DNA of 39,043 bases, taken from assembly GCA_046485285.1 (NCBI GenBank), contig JAWOHE010000095.1, forward strand, positions 1 to 39,043, read 5' to 3'. The first letter of the stretch is position 1; every line of letters begins with the position of its first letter. The notes under the pieces are model-generated. The model had not been told where the DNA came from. It made no database searches and saw nothing but the letters and a program-made list of their open reading frames with translations. This stretch comes from a bacterium (GTDB lineage: Bacteria > Hydrothermota > Tepidihabitantia > Tepidihabitantales > Tepidihabitantaceae). Both the position numbers and the translations under genes were made by a program. This document shows positions 19,136 to 28,577 of the stretch, in pieces.

Positions 19136-19165
19136 GGCCCGCCTGCGTGCGACGCGCGGACAGGC
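19136..19165 (+). repeat. 27-bp element family A, copy 1 (intergenic)
   Basis: ggc-ccgcctgcgtgcgacgcgcggaca-ggc. Confidence 0.85.
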
Positions 19166-19193
19166 TTGACCCCCGCCTGCCCGCGGCTATCCT
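19166..19193 (+). promoter_or_regulatory. Putative promoter for riboswitch-btuB
   Basis: TTGACC-16-TATCCT just upstream of the riboswitch. Confidence 0.55.
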
Positions 19194-19218
19194 TCTCGCA
19201 CCAAGGCGGCGGAAGACC

Positions 19219-19392
19219 GGATGACCGGTTGCCCGGCCCGATGCCGGGCACAGGGAAAGCCGTGGAAATCGGCTGCGGTCCCGCCCACTGTGAGCGGCCG
19301 CGTCGGCGCTGACGCGGCTCTGCCAGCCACTGGCCCCGGCCGGGAAGGCGGCAGACCCGGCATTGCCGGGCCGCGAGCCAGGAGACCTGTCC
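19219..19392 (+). ncRNA. Cobalamin (B12) riboswitch
   Basis: Conserved blocks AGGGAA, CCCGCCCACTGT, GCCACTG...GGGAAGG and B12 box GAGCCAGGAGACCTG, upstream of a TonB-dependent receptor; ends approximate. Confidence 0.92.
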
Positions 19393-19432
19393 GCCGCCAG
19401 GATGTCTCTACCTGCGTGGAAAGGAGCAGAGC

Positions 19433-21655
19433 ATGGCTGGCAAAGCTCGAACACTACTCACGGTCTTCGTCCTGTGCGCCACTGCCGTTGCGTTCCCGGT
19501 CGAATCGGGGACGGCCGGCACTGCGCCGGTTATCTTCATCGGCCGGGTCTTCGACGCCCGCTCCCGCCGGCCGGTCGCCGCGGCCGACGTGGAAGTCCCG
19601 GGTGTCGGCCTGTTTGCGACCGACGAGGAAGGGCTGTTCCGCTTCGAGACCGACGCCGGCGTCCTGACAGTCCGCGTCTCCCGCGTCGGCTACCGGCTGC
19701 GCACCTGGGCGAACGTCACCCCGGGCCCGGTGCGCGAATTCCCGATGATGCCCGAGCTCATCACGCTCGACGACGTCACGGTCACCGCCGGGCGGATGCC
19801 GCTGCCGATCGCGGCGTCCGGTCCGGTCACCATCATCGAGCTCGACGGCCGGCAGACCGCCGGGACGACCGACCCGGCCGAGGCCCTGCGCCGCGCGCCG
19901 GGTGTCGTCGGCAACGACTACGTCAACTACAGCTCGCTCTCGCTGCGCGGCACCGGCATCGAACACACCCTGCTCGCACTCGACGGCATCCGGCTCAACT
20001 CCTCGCAGAACGGCACCTTCGACCTGACAACCCTGCCGGTCGGGGTCGCCCGCCGGGCCGAAATCGCCCGCGGCGGCGGCTCCGCGCTCTACGGTTCGAG
20101 CCCGGTCGGCGGGACGGTCAACCTCATCACCGCCGAGCCGGAGCGTCTCGCCGCAAGCCTGCGCACCGGGGTCGGCGCGTTCGGCCGCCGCTACCTCGCG
20201 GCGACGCACGAGAACCGCCGCGCACCGCTCGGCTACCTGGTCGGCGTCGCGGCCGACGCCGCCGACAACGACTTCACCTGGCACGACGACTCCGGCCGCG
20301 CCCGCGAGATGGCAAACGCCGACCGCTCGTCGCTTGGTGTGTTCGGCAAGGGTTCATGGCGCGAGGCCGCCCACAGGTTCAACCTGTTCGGGCTCTGGTC
20401 TTCGACCGAGCGCGGCGTGCCGGGCCCGCGCGACTGGCCGTCGAGCTCCGCCCGACGCGACGACCGGCAGGGACTAGCCAGCCTCCGGCACACCTTCGAG
20501 CCGGACGAGCGGCTGCTGCTCGACAGCCGGGTGAGCGCGGGGCGCTCCTGGCAGCATTACCGCGACCCGGCGGCCTTCGTGCCGGCAAGCGACACCCACG
20601 CTCTCGCCACTGCGGGCGGCAAGGTTGACGCGATATGGACTCCGAAACACTGGCTGACGCTCGCGGCCGCGGTCGAGCTTGACCGGGACCAACTGGTCAG
20701 CTCCGCGGTAGGCGATGCCTCCCGGTCCGATTTCGCCGGCGTCGGCCAGGCCCGCATTGCCTGGCAGGGCCTGGCGGTCCAGCCCTCGCTGCGGGTCGAG
20801 CGACTGCGCCGGGACCGGCTCCCGGGCCGGAGCCCGACGACACCGCCCCGGTCCGACAGCGCCTCGCACCGCGCGACCACCGACGTCACCAGCCCCCGGG
20901 CGACGGTGACCTGGCACGGTTCCCTGCCCGCGCGCGGCGCGCAGGCGGGCCTGCCGGTCGCGGCCTGGGCCTCCTGCGGCCGCTCCTTTCGCGCCCCGAC
21001 CTTCAACGAGCTGTTCTGGCCAGAGGACGCCTGGACGCGGGGCAACCCGGCGCTCGAACCCGAATGGGCCACCGGCTACGAACTCGGGCTCAGGTCGGCC
21101 GGCGACATCTCTGCCCGGTCCCGGGCGACTTACCGCGCCAGCCTCGGCTGGTACCACAACTCGCTCACCAACCTCATCCAGTGGCGGCCCGACGACTCCC
21201 TTCGCTGGCGGCCGGTCAATGTCGCCGGCGCGGACATCTCCGGGCTCGAGGCCGAACTCGCGCTCGACCTCGGCGGCGTCGGGTTCAGCGGCGACGCGGG
21301 CTGGTGCCGTGCCCGGTCCGGCGGCCGGCGCCTGCTCTACCGGCCCGAGTTCAACGCCAGGGCCGAGGCGTGGGCCTCGGCGGAGTGGCAGCGGCTCGAC
21401 GCCCGGCTGACGCTCGCCGCCGACCTGTCGGGCGACCGGCTGACCGACCCCGCGCTCCCGGACACGACGCCGCAGGTGATGCCCGGCTACGGGACGCTCG
21501 ACGCCGGGGTCGCGCTCGGCTGGCAACCCGGCCCGGCGCGGTATGCGCTCTCGGCCGGCGTCCGCAACCTGGCCGACGCACGGTACGAAACCGTCCGGCA
21601 CTACCCGGTGCCGGGCCGGTCCTGGTACGCCGAGCTGGGTTTCGAGTTCCGCTGA
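19433..21655 (+). CDS. btuB: TonB-dependent receptor, probable vitamin B12 transporter
   Basis: Plug motifs (LRG...LDG.RL...EIARGGGSALYGS..GG.VNLIT), FRAPTFNEL, GNPALEPE, NL.D..YE, terminal PGR...F; riboswitch context. Confidence 0.85.
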   Translation: MAGKARTLLTVFVLCATAVAFPVESGTAGTAPVIFIGRVFDARSRRPVAAADVEVPGVGLFATDEEGLFRFETDAGVLTVRVSRVGYRLRTWANVTPGPVREFPMMPELITLDDVTVTAGRMPLPIAASGPVTIIELDGRQTAGTTDPAEALRRAPGVVGNDYVNYSSLSLRGTGIEHTLLALDGIRLNSSQNGTFDLTTLPVGVARRAEIARGGGSALYGSSPVGGTVNLITAEPERLAASLRTGVGAFGRRYLAATHENRRAPLGYLVGVAADAADNDFTWHDDSGRAREMANADRSSLGVFGKGSWREAAHRFNLFGLWSSTERGVPGPRDWPSSSARRDDRQGLASLRHTFEPDERLLLDSRVSAGRSWQHYRDPAAFVPASDTHALATAGGKVDAIWTPKHWLTLAAAVELDRDQLVSSAVGDASRSDFAGVGQARIAWQGLAVQPSLRVERLRRDRLPGRSPTTPPRSDSASHRATTDVTSPRATVTWHGSLPARGAQAGLPVAAWASCGRSFRAPTFNELFWPEDAWTRGNPALEPEWATGYELGLRSAGDISARSRATYRASLGWYHNSLTNLIQWRPDDSLRWRPVNVAGADISGLEAELALDLGGVGFSGDAGWCRARSGGRRLLYRPEFNARAEAWASAEWQRLDARLTLAADLSGDRLTDPALPDTTPQVMPGYGTLDAGVALGWQPGPARYALSAGVRNLADARYETVRHYPVPGRSWYAELGFEFR
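20923..20955 (-). repeat. 27-bp element family A, copy 2 (in frame in btuB)
   Basis: cctgcc repeated 27 bp apart (20923, 20950); adds LPARGAQAG. Confidence 0.8.
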
Positions 21656-21663
21656 CGCCGGCG

Positions 21664-22980
21664 TCAGCGGCCGGAAGAATCCGGCGGCGCGGCCCCGGGA
21701 GCCCGCGCCCGCTCAACCTCGGCCCGGCAGGCGTCGCGGACCGCGTTGAACTCTGCCCGGAAGCGGTCCGGCACCGGCTCGGCCCTCGGCGGAATCAGCT
21801 TCGCGGGGTTGACCGGCTTGCCGCCCTGGCGGGTCTCGAAGTGCAGGTGCGGGCCGGTCGCGTCGCCGGTCATCCCGACGTAGCCGATGGTCTGGCCCTG
21901 GCGAGCGCGCGCGCCGGTTCTCACCCCGGGCCCGAAACCGGACAGGTGGCCGTAGCGCGAGGACAGCCCGCCCGCGTGCCGGATCTCGACCAGCCGGCCG
22001 TAACCGCCGCGCCAGCCGGCGAAGGCTATCGAGCCGTCGGCGATCGCGCTGACCGGGGTGCCGGAAGGCGCCCCGTAATCGACGCCGTGGTGCTGGCGAT
22101 AGACCCGGTGAATCGGGTGGAACCTCATCCCGAAGTGCGACGTCACCTTGCGGAACTCGAGCGGCGAGCGCAGGATGGTCTTGCGGAGCGACTGGCCCTT
22201 CTCGTTGTAGTAGTCCCAGTGTCCCCGCGCATCCCTGAAGTAGAAGCCCCAGTAGTCGCGGTTCCGGCCGCGGTAGCGGGCCGCGTGGACCCGGCCGTAC
22301 TTGTAGAAGGCCGAGTCAACGAGGAACTTGTCGACGACGATCTCGAAAGTGTCGCCGTCGTTGGACTCGGTGAAGAAGTCGATGTCGTAGCGCAGGATGT
22401 CGGTGAACGCCATCACCAGCCAGGGGCCCTCGCCGAGGCCGACCAGCGAATGCCAGATTGACGTCCTGACCGTGCCGGCGACAACCGCGCGGACGGTGTC
22501 GACCGGCGCATCGAACCGCGCCGCGGCCGCGCCCGTCGAGTCAAACCTGACCCGGTAGCTGGTCGCGGCGTCCTTGTGCCAGTTCAGCGCCTCGAGTTCG
22601 AGCCCGCGGCAGAACAGCGTCACCGAATCCCCGGGCCGGAGGGTCCGGAAGTTGAAGTCGGTCAGCCGCAGGGCCGCCGCGGCCTGCTCGACCCGCGCCG
22701 GCGCCACTCCCAGCCGCCGGAGCATCGTGTGGAACAGCTCGCGCTCGCGCATCGCGTCGCCGCCGACGTAGAGCGACTCCGGGCAGGGCAGGTCCGGCCC
22801 GCAGGGAACCCGGTTGCGCCTGGGCGCGAGCCGCAGGACCATCAGGACCGCGCCGGCCGCGAGCAGCAGCGCAAGCGCGATGATTGCCGGTGACGGCAGG
22901 CCCCGCCGACCGGCTGTCTGCCCGCGCGTTGCGCGCAGGCGGGTCGGCCTCGACCCCGGTGCGGGTCCGGCCGCCCGCAA
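21664..22980 (-). CDS. M23 family metallopeptidase (MepM/Csd3-like)
   Basis: HHGVDY (HxxxD), YGHL, STGPH-like ATGPHLHF (HxH); N-terminal TM; TTG start with GGAG is tentative. Confidence 0.9.
   Translation of the reverse strand: MRAAGPAPGSRPTRLRATRGQTAGRRGLPSPAIIALALLLAAGAVLMVLRLAPRRNRVPCGPDLPCPESLYVGGDAMRERELFHTMLRRLGVAPARVEQAAAALRLTDFNFRTLRPGDSVTLFCRGLELEALNWHKDAATSYRVRFDSTGAAAARFDAPVDTVRAVVAGTVRTSIWHSLVGLGEGPWLVMAFTDILRYDIDFFTESNDGDTFEIVVDKFLVDSAFYKYGRVHAARYRGRNRDYWGFYFRDARGHWDYYNEKGQSLRKTILRSPLEFRKVTSHFGMRFHPIHRVYRQHHGVDYGAPSGTPVSAIADGSIAFAGWRGGYGRLVEIRHAGGLSSRYGHLSGFGPGVRTGARARQGQTIGYVGMTGDATGPHLHFETRQGGKPVNPAKLIPPRAEPVPDRFRAEFNAVRDACRAEVERARAPGAAPPDSSGR
22916..22945 (-). repeat. 27-bp element family A, copy 3 (N-terminus of M23 gene)
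   Basis: Minus strand gac-ccgcctgcgcgcaacgcgcgggca-gac. Confidence 0.85.
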
Positions 22981-23076
22981 CTAACGCTCCGCGCCCGGGC
23001 CCGGCCTGCCGGCCGTCATCCCGCTGGCCGTCGGGCCGGGCCGGCGAGCGGCGACTATTCTCCACATACTGGCGGA

Positions 23077-23104
23077 ATTCTAGCCGCGGCCACGGCCGGT
23101 TCAA
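23077..23104 (-). promoter_or_regulatory. Putative promoter for M23 gene 21664..22980
   Basis: TTGAAC-16-TAGAAT. Confidence 0.5.
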
Positions 23105-24591
23105 CCGCGGCCACCCGGCGCACCGCGCCGGGAGTCCGTTCCGGAATCGGGAAGGAACACCTCATCTGCCCCGCGCCGTGGGCGCGGCTTCCCGGCGGCC
23201 GCAGCGGCCACCCGGCTGATTATCGCCCGGCAGGAATCCCGGAAGCGCTCGAATTCCGGCCACTCGGCTGGACCGACCTCCTCGACCCTGCTCGGCAGGG
23301 CCTCGAGCGGGTCGACGTGACGGCCGTCCCGGAGCGTGCCGAAGTCGAGGTGCGCGCCTGACGAGAGCCCGGTCGAGCCGACGTACCCGACGAGGTCTCC
23401 CCGGCCCACCGCCGCGCCGGGCTTGATGCCCTCGGCGTATCGGCTCAGGTGCGAGTACCGGGTGACGAGCCCGGCCGTGGCGTGCTCGACCTCGACCGTC
23501 CGACCGTACCCGCTCCGCCAGCCCGCCCGGCAGACCGCGCCGGCCTCGACCGCTCGCACCGGCGTCCCATGGGATGCCTCGTAGTCAAGGCCGTTGTGCT
23601 GGATCCGGCGGCGCACGACCGGGTGCAGCCTCGGCCCGAAGTCGGAGGTCCGCCGCGCGCCGACAACCGGCGGGTAGCTCAGCACCGGGCCGAGCGAGCG
23701 GCCGTCCGCGTCGCAGTAGAAGGTCAACCCGCCCGGCGCTCCGCGCCGGGAGTCCGTCCCGGAATCCGGAAGGAACCCCTCATCTGCCCCGCGCCGCAGG
23801 CGTGGCTTCCCGGCGGCCGGGCCGCCGGGGGAATGGTGAAACCCCCAGGCCTCGACCACGCCGACGTAGCCCAGGGCGTGAATCCGGCCGAAGCCGTAAA
23901 AGCTGTCGCCGACCGCCAGCCGCTCGACCACGACCGCGAATGAGTCGCCGGGATGCATATCGCGCAGGCGCGGCAGGCGGTGCCGGAGGATGCTCGTGTA
24001 CGACGCGGCGAGCCGGTCGTCGGCGCCCGCGTCGAGCAGCGACTGCCAGAGCGAAACGCGGACGATCCCGACCAGCGCGACCGCGGTGGTCTCGACCGGC
24101 GCCATCACCCGGCACGCCTCGGCGGTGTCCGGCCCGAAGCGGACCTCGAAGCTGGTTGCGAGGTCGACGTCATAGCGCAGGCGGGCAGGCCGCGAGCCCG
24201 CAAGAGGCGAAGCCTGTGCTCCTGCATACTCGACCGTGACCGAATCCCCCGGCAACATCCGCTGGAAGTCGAAGTCGACCCGGCCCAGCGCCGCCACCGC
24301 CGCCCGCGCGTCCTCGGGCGATAGGTCAAGCGCGGCGAGCACCTGCGCCAGGTTCTCGCCCGGCCCGACCACCCGGCCGGAGAAGCTGCCCGCAGGCAGG
24401 ACCGGCACGCTCTCCACCGGCGCCGCCGCCTCGACCGCGCTCGCGGCCGGCGGCCGGGAGCGGGCGCAGACGCCGACGACGGCCCCGGCGCCGGCCGCGG
24501 CAAGCAGGATGACCGCCGTCGGCCTCGAAGCACGAGAGCGACAGCCCGGCACGCTACCCGAGGCTCCCGATGCCGACCGCCATCGCGTCAA
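23101..24591 (-). CDS. Second M23 family peptidase (paralog) carrying three repeat-element insertions
   Basis: HNGLDY, YSHL, SSGAHLDF; aligns with neighbour once inserts are removed; start codon uncertain. Confidence 0.85.
   Translation of the reverse strand: MTRWRSASGASGSVPGCRSRASRPTAVILLAAAGAGAVVGVCARSRPPAASAVEAAAPVESVPVLPAGSFSGRVVGPGENLAQVLAALDLSPEDARAAVAALGRVDFDFQRMLPGDSVTVEYAGAQASPLAGSRPARLRYDVDLATSFEVRFGPDTAEACRVMAPVETTAVALVGIVRVSLWQSLLDAGADDRLAASYTSILRHRLPRLRDMHPGDSFAVVVERLAVGDSFYGFGRIHALGYVGVVEAWGFHHSPGGPAAGKPRLRRGADEGFLPDSGTDSRRGAPGGLTFYCDADGRSLGPVLSYPPVVGARRTSDFGPRLHPVVRRRIQHNGLDYEASHGTPVRAVEAGAVCRAGWRSGYGRTVEVEHATAGLVTRYSHLSRYAEGIKPGAAVGRGDLVGYVGSTGLSSGAHLDFGTLRDGRHVDPLEALPSRVEEVGPAEWPEFERFRDSCRAIISRVAAAAAGKPRPRRGADEVFLPDSGTDSRRGAPGGRG
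23107..23216 (-). mobile_element. Multi-hairpin element family C, copy 1, forming the M23 C-terminus
   Basis: Near-identical to 23729-23829; flanked by 13-bp direct repeat gcggccacccggc (23107-23119, 23204-23216). Confidence 0.75.
23729..23829 (-). mobile_element. Multi-hairpin element family C, copy 2, in-frame 93-bp insertion in M23 gene
   Basis: ccgcc repeated 93 bp apart; 31 aa absent from the paralog. Confidence 0.8.
24200..24226 (-). repeat. ~24-bp element family B, copy 1 (in frame in M23 gene)
   Basis: gca repeated 24 bp apart around aggcgaagcctgtgctcct; adds AGAQASPL. Confidence 0.75.
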
Positions 24592-24600
24592 CCGCTCTTC

Positions 24601-24629
24601 GAAAGGCGGAGCCCGTGCTCCGGCAAACC
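24601..24629 (-). repeat. Family B, copy 2 (intergenic)
   Basis: gaaaggcggagcccgtgctccggcaaacc, 3 substitutions versus 26741-26769. Confidence 0.65.
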
Positions 24630-24661
24630 CTCGCCGCGCCGGTCACGTCCCCAGGCAAGGC

Positions 24662-26809
24662 TCACTCGACGACGGACAGCCGGCGCGTGACCAAACGGCT
24701 GCCCGAGCGCAGATGCAGGAAGTACAGCCCGGGCGCCAGGCGCGCGCCCCGACAGCCGACCAGGTCGAAGCTCACCGGCTGGCCGGCCCCGGGCGCCACG
24801 TCCAGCCTCCGCGCGAGGTGCGAGCGGCCCCCGACGTCGAGCACCCTGGCCTCGAGCGGCGGCGAGCCCGCCGGGAGGTCAACCGTCAGCTTCGCCCGTC
24901 CCTCGAACACGCTCACCGCCGAGGCGGAGAGCTCCGGCGCCGAGCGCGGCCCCGGGTCCAGGCTGCGCGCGTCGAGGAAATCCGCGCTGACCGCCTGCCG
25001 CCGCCAGGGGCGGTGGCCCGGCCCGGGCAGACCGGTATCCGGGTCAACCGCCACCTCGAACAGCCGGTCGTCCGCCCACGAACGGTAGAGCACCGAGTGG
25101 ATGCCCGGCTGCCTCACCCGCAGGCCGGCCCAGAACCCGGCGCTCTCTCCCGGCCGCAGGCGCCAGCCGCGCTCCCAGCCGCCCAGCCACTCGAGCAGGT
25201 GGTATCCGCCGAGCTTCGTCCGCCGGGCCGCGCCCGGGCCCGGTCGCTGGGGCTGAACCGCCAGCACGTCCCAGACCGCGGTGTCAAGCGCGACCACCAC
25301 CCCGAACCGGTACGGGCTCACGCTCCCGCGGTTCTCGACCTTGACGTCGAGCCGCACCGCGCCGGTCCCGCCCTGCCGGTCGAGCACGACCGCGACGCTT
25401 GAGACGAGCTCGACCGGCCCGAACTCGTAGCCCGGGTAGTTGACATAGACCGGGTTGGTAATGACCCCGAAGCGGCCGTTCGCCCGCACGAGCTCCGCCC
25501 GCACGAAGCCGGAGTCCCAGGAACAGACGAGGCTGCTCCACTCGTGGCTGAAATCGCCCGGCGCGGAAAATCGCCACCGGAACAACTCGCCGTGCCGGGT
25601 CAGCACCCGCAACTCCTCATTGGGGCTGACGCTCTCGGCCTCGACCCGGAACCGGACCGGCCGCGCGCCCGCGCTGACCCGGACAAAATCGCCCATCGCG
25701 AGGTTCCAGTACCCCTTGCCGCTCGTGTCGGCGTAGAGGTACACCCGGCTTCCATCCGGCCGGTCACAGGCCATCACGCGGCCGAGCTTGAACGCTCGCA
25801 ACAGCGTATCCGGGTGGGTCGACGATGCCCGGACCCGCGAGCAGGGCACGAGCGGCCGCTCGTGCTGGTTGTCGCCGTGGAAGTCGGAACTCCCGATGCC
25901 GGCGATGGCGTGCCCGGCCACGAGCAGGTCGTGCCACCATTCCACCGCCAGTTCCTCGTTCTCGGCGAACCCGGTCCGGCCGTTCATCAGCTCGATCCCG
26001 TCAATCCCCGGGTCGAGCAGCGGGTAGCGGTGCCACCGCCAGTCCCACGCGCGGGGATGATTGATGTGGACGACGGCGCCGCGGTAGCTTGCGTCGTCAA
26101 TCATCTCCGGGACCGACCGGACCGCGACCGCGGCCGGCCCGGCGAGCCCGAGCAGGTTGGCGTGCCCGGAGTCGCTCGTCCACTCGGTCCCGCGGATCGG
26201 CTCGAGCAGGCCAACCGCGTGGAACGCGGTGTCGTAGCACTGGTCGAGCGTGTTGTGGTCGGTAATGCCGAGGAAGCGCCCGTCCGCCGCGGCCGCCCGC
26301 GCCAGCAGTTCATGGACGGTCAGGGCGCCATCCGAGTACACGGTGTGCGTGTGGCTCGAGCCGAGGAACCACGAGTTCGGACTCGCCCAGAGCCTTGCGT
26401 CAAAGCTGTCGGCAGGGGCATCGGTGAAGAGCGTCAGCCGATTGCCGTTCGGCCGGAGCAGGCCGACCCGGTCCGAGAAATCCAGCGCGCGAACCAGCGT
26501 CCGCGCGACCGGCCCGGGCTCGACGGTGGCGACGAGCGAGTCATTGAGCCGGACCTCGAACGACTCGACGCCGGCGAGCGCGAGGTACAGCCCGGCCGGC
26601 CGGGCGTCGACGAGCGAGAACTCGTGCGACCACGCCCCGCCCGAGAGCCTCGCCGGCCCGTCGAAGACGACCTCGTCGCCGGCCATCGGGGCGAGGCCGA
26701 CCGCGGTCCCGGCCGCGACCGCCAGGGCCAGGACGAAACGGAAAGGCGAAGCCTGTGCTCCTGCAAACCTCCAAAACCTGCTCACGGCTCGGCGGCGCGC
26801 CACGGGCAC
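24662..26809 (-). CDS. PHP-domain (CehA/McbA-like) metallohydrolase with CTD-like end
   Basis: HTHTVYSDG, ITDHN, GTEWT..GHAN, INHP, GSSDFH; ends PGLYFLHL..RRLSVVE. Confidence 0.85.
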   Translation of the reverse strand: MPVARRRAVSRFWRFAGAQASPFRFVLALAVAAGTAVGLAPMAGDEVVFDGPARLSGGAWSHEFSLVDARPAGLYLALAGVESFEVRLNDSLVATVEPGPVARTLVRALDFSDRVGLLRPNGNRLTLFTDAPADSFDARLWASPNSWFLGSSHTHTVYSDGALTVHELLARAAAADGRFLGITDHNTLDQCYDTAFHAVGLLEPIRGTEWTSDSGHANLLGLAGPAAVAVRSVPEMIDDASYRGAVVHINHPRAWDWRWHRYPLLDPGIDGIELMNGRTGFAENEELAVEWWHDLLVAGHAIAGIGSSDFHGDNQHERPLVPCSRVRASSTHPDTLLRAFKLGRVMACDRPDGSRVYLYADTSGKGYWNLAMGDFVRVSAGARPVRFRVEAESVSPNEELRVLTRHGELFRWRFSAPGDFSHEWSSLVCSWDSGFVRAELVRANGRFGVITNPVYVNYPGYEFGPVELVSSVAVVLDRQGGTGAVRLDVKVENRGSVSPYRFGVVVALDTAVWDVLAVQPQRPGPGAARRTKLGGYHLLEWLGGWERGWRLRPGESAGFWAGLRVRQPGIHSVLYRSWADDRLFEVAVDPDTGLPGPGHRPWRRQAVSADFLDARSLDPGPRSAPELSASAVSVFEGRAKLTVDLPAGSPPLEARVLDVGGRSHLARRLDVAPGAGQPVSFDLVGCRGARLAPGLYFLHLRSGSRLVTRRLSVVE
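26741..26769 (-). repeat. Family B, copy 3 (in predicted N-terminus of the PHP gene)
   Basis: gaaaggcgaagcctgtgctcctgcaaacc; 22 bp identical to copy 1. Confidence 0.75.
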
Positions 26810-28489
26810 TCAGGACCCACTGCGGCCGGTCAGCACCGCCCGGAGCGTCGTCGCCCGCCGGCCGTCGACCAGCCGGAACAGGTAACTGCCCGCGCTCGCC
26901 CGCCGGCCGGACTCATCGAGCCCGTCCCAGCCGGCCTCGGTCCTGCCCGCGACATCCAGGCTCCGCACCAGCCGCCCGGTCGCGCCGTAGACCCGGAGCC
27001 GGCTCCCGTGCCGGGCCGGGGCCGTCAGCTTCAGCCGGAAGCCGCCCGTGCCGATGCTCGGCCGGACCGAGGCCAGCCCGGCCGCCCGGGGCCCGCCTGC
27101 GCGCAACGCGCGGGCAGGCCGCGCCGGGATCTCAGCGAGCCCGGTCGGGACCGTCGCGCCCGCCAGCTTGGCGACCGTCGCCACCGCCGCTCTCGTCGCG
27201 TCGGTCGCCAGCGGCAGGTTGTTCGTTCCGCAGTTCACGAAGTAGAGCGGCCCGACGGTATCCCCGGTGGTGTGATAGGCCGGCGTGAAGTCACGCTCGA
27301 TGCCCATCAGGGCCGGGTAGCCCCTTGCCAGGAACGGGTAGTGGTCGGAGTTCGGCGAGACGTAGCTCAGCACGCGCCGCCTCGTCTTCAGGTCCGTGAA
27401 CGTATCGGCCTGGGCGATGTAGAAATCGACCAGCCAGCCGCAGGGCGGGTTGGCGGTCTTGCCGATGACATCGAGCGAGTCGCGGTTCTCCCGGCCGTAT
27501 GAGATCATGTCGAAGTTGAGCACGGCCTTGATCGAGTCGCCGCGGCGGTAGCAGAACTCCGCGAAGCTGTCCGAACCATAGAGCCCCTGCTCCTCGCCGG
27601 CGAATGCCATGAAGTACACGGTATTCTCGAACTCGACGTCCTGGAAGACGCGGGCCGCCTCGAGGACCGCGGTCGTGCCCGAGGCGTTGTCGTCCGAGCC
27701 GGGCGCGTGGGTCAGCCGGTTCTGCTCCTCGGAAGTCGCGTCGGCGTGGCCGCAGACGCCGTAGATGCGCTGGGGGCTCGAGGTCCCGTAGCGGACGCCG
27801 ATGACGTTCGGCGCAAAGCCGTTCCGGAACGGGAACTCGAACACGGTGTCACAGCCGTACGACTCCAGCCGGCCGCGAATCCACGCCATCGCCGCACGGC
27901 AGGAGTCGGTCGTCGAGTAGCGGGTCCGGAAGCCCTGCATTCGCCGGATCGAGGCCTCGACCGAGTCCTGCGAGACCAGCCCGACCAGGCCCCATACCAG
28001 GCTGTCGCTCACCGCGGGCAGGGCCCTTCCCTCATTCTGCATTCTGCATTCTGCAATCTGCAATCTGCAATCTGACTTCCTCGGCCGAAGGTGTATCCGC
28101 GCCAGCTCGACTCCCAGCCCGTCCAGCCCCGCGGCCCGGGCGGAGTCGGTCAGGAGCACTGCGCCCCGGGCGTCGAGGTACAGCACTTCACCGCGGCCCG
28201 CCAGCGACGGCAGCGGCCCGCGCAGGGTCGTCGCGTACATGTAGTGCTTGCCGTCCGGGTCCCGGTCGAGCCGCCTGCACTCGAAGCTCCGGGCCAGCGC
28301 GGCGAGCTCGGCCTCGTCGGCCGTCACCAGGCACCCCGCCTCGAGCTCGAACACGACGGTCACGTCGGCCGCGTCGACCGCGGCCACGTCTCTGCCTGGC
28401 CCGTACTCCACGTACGCCAGCCATTCCGGCCCGGCCGCGAATGCAAGCGCGACCAGGACTGAGGACAGGAGGGCCGGTCTCTTCATCAT
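26810..28489 (-). CDS. M28 family aminopeptidase with signal peptide and FlgD-type CTD
   Basis: GHAD, PGSDDNASG, GEEQGLYGS, NFDMI, SDHYPF, YHT..D; start set at ATG 28489 after GGAG. Confidence 0.9.
   Translation of the reverse strand: MMKRPALLSSVLVALAFAAGPEWLAYVEYGPGRDVAAVDAADVTVVFELEAGCLVTADEAELAALARSFECRRLDRDPDGKHYMYATTLRGPLPSLAGRGEVLYLDARGAVLLTDSARAAGLDGLGVELARIHLRPRKSDCRLQIAECRMQNEGRALPAVSDSLVWGLVGLVSQDSVEASIRRMQGFRTRYSTTDSCRAAMAWIRGRLESYGCDTVFEFPFRNGFAPNVIGVRYGTSSPQRIYGVCGHADATSEEQNRLTHAPGSDDNASGTTAVLEAARVFQDVEFENTVYFMAFAGEEQGLYGSDSFAEFCYRRGDSIKAVLNFDMISYGRENRDSLDVIGKTANPPCGWLVDFYIAQADTFTDLKTRRRVLSYVSPNSDHYPFLARGYPALMGIERDFTPAYHTTGDTVGPLYFVNCGTNNLPLATDATRAAVATVAKLAGATVPTGLAEIPARPARALRAGGPRAAGLASVRPSIGTGGFRLKLTAPARHGSRLRVYGATGRLVRSLDVAGRTEAGWDGLDESGRRASAGSYLFRLVDGRRATTLRAVLTGRSGS
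27090..27120 (+). repeat. 27-bp element family A, copy 4 (in frame in M28 pre-CTD linker)
   Basis: ggcc repeated 27 bp apart around ccgcctgcgcgcaacgcgcgggca. Confidence 0.85.
28033..28074. repeat. Heptamer tandem repeat (CATTCTG)3(CAATCTG)3, in frame in the M28 gene
   Basis: Six 7-bp units = 42 bp = 14 codons (DCRLQIAECRMQNE). Confidence 0.9.
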
Positions 28490-28545
28490 CACCACGCTCC
28501 TGCGGTTTGTCTGACCTCGGGCGCGACCCATTCGCGCCACCTGCA

Positions 28546-28573
28546 ATTCTAGAACCCGACGCGACCTAGTCAA
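28546..28573 (-). promoter_or_regulatory. Putative promoter for M28-PHP genes
   Basis: TTGACT-16-TAGAAT. Confidence 0.55.
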
Positions 28574-28577
28574 AGCC

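Noticed and set aside
21651-21668. Perfect 18-bp palindrome gctgacgccggcgtcagc between convergent btuB and M23 stops
   Set aside because: Partly generated by the two facing TGA codons; single copy with no U-tract, so not called as a terminator or element.
24175-24191. Partial family A look-alikes (24175-24191, ~10988-11000)
   Set aside because: Half matches only, without the 27-bp-spaced duplication; the first aligns with paralog residues.
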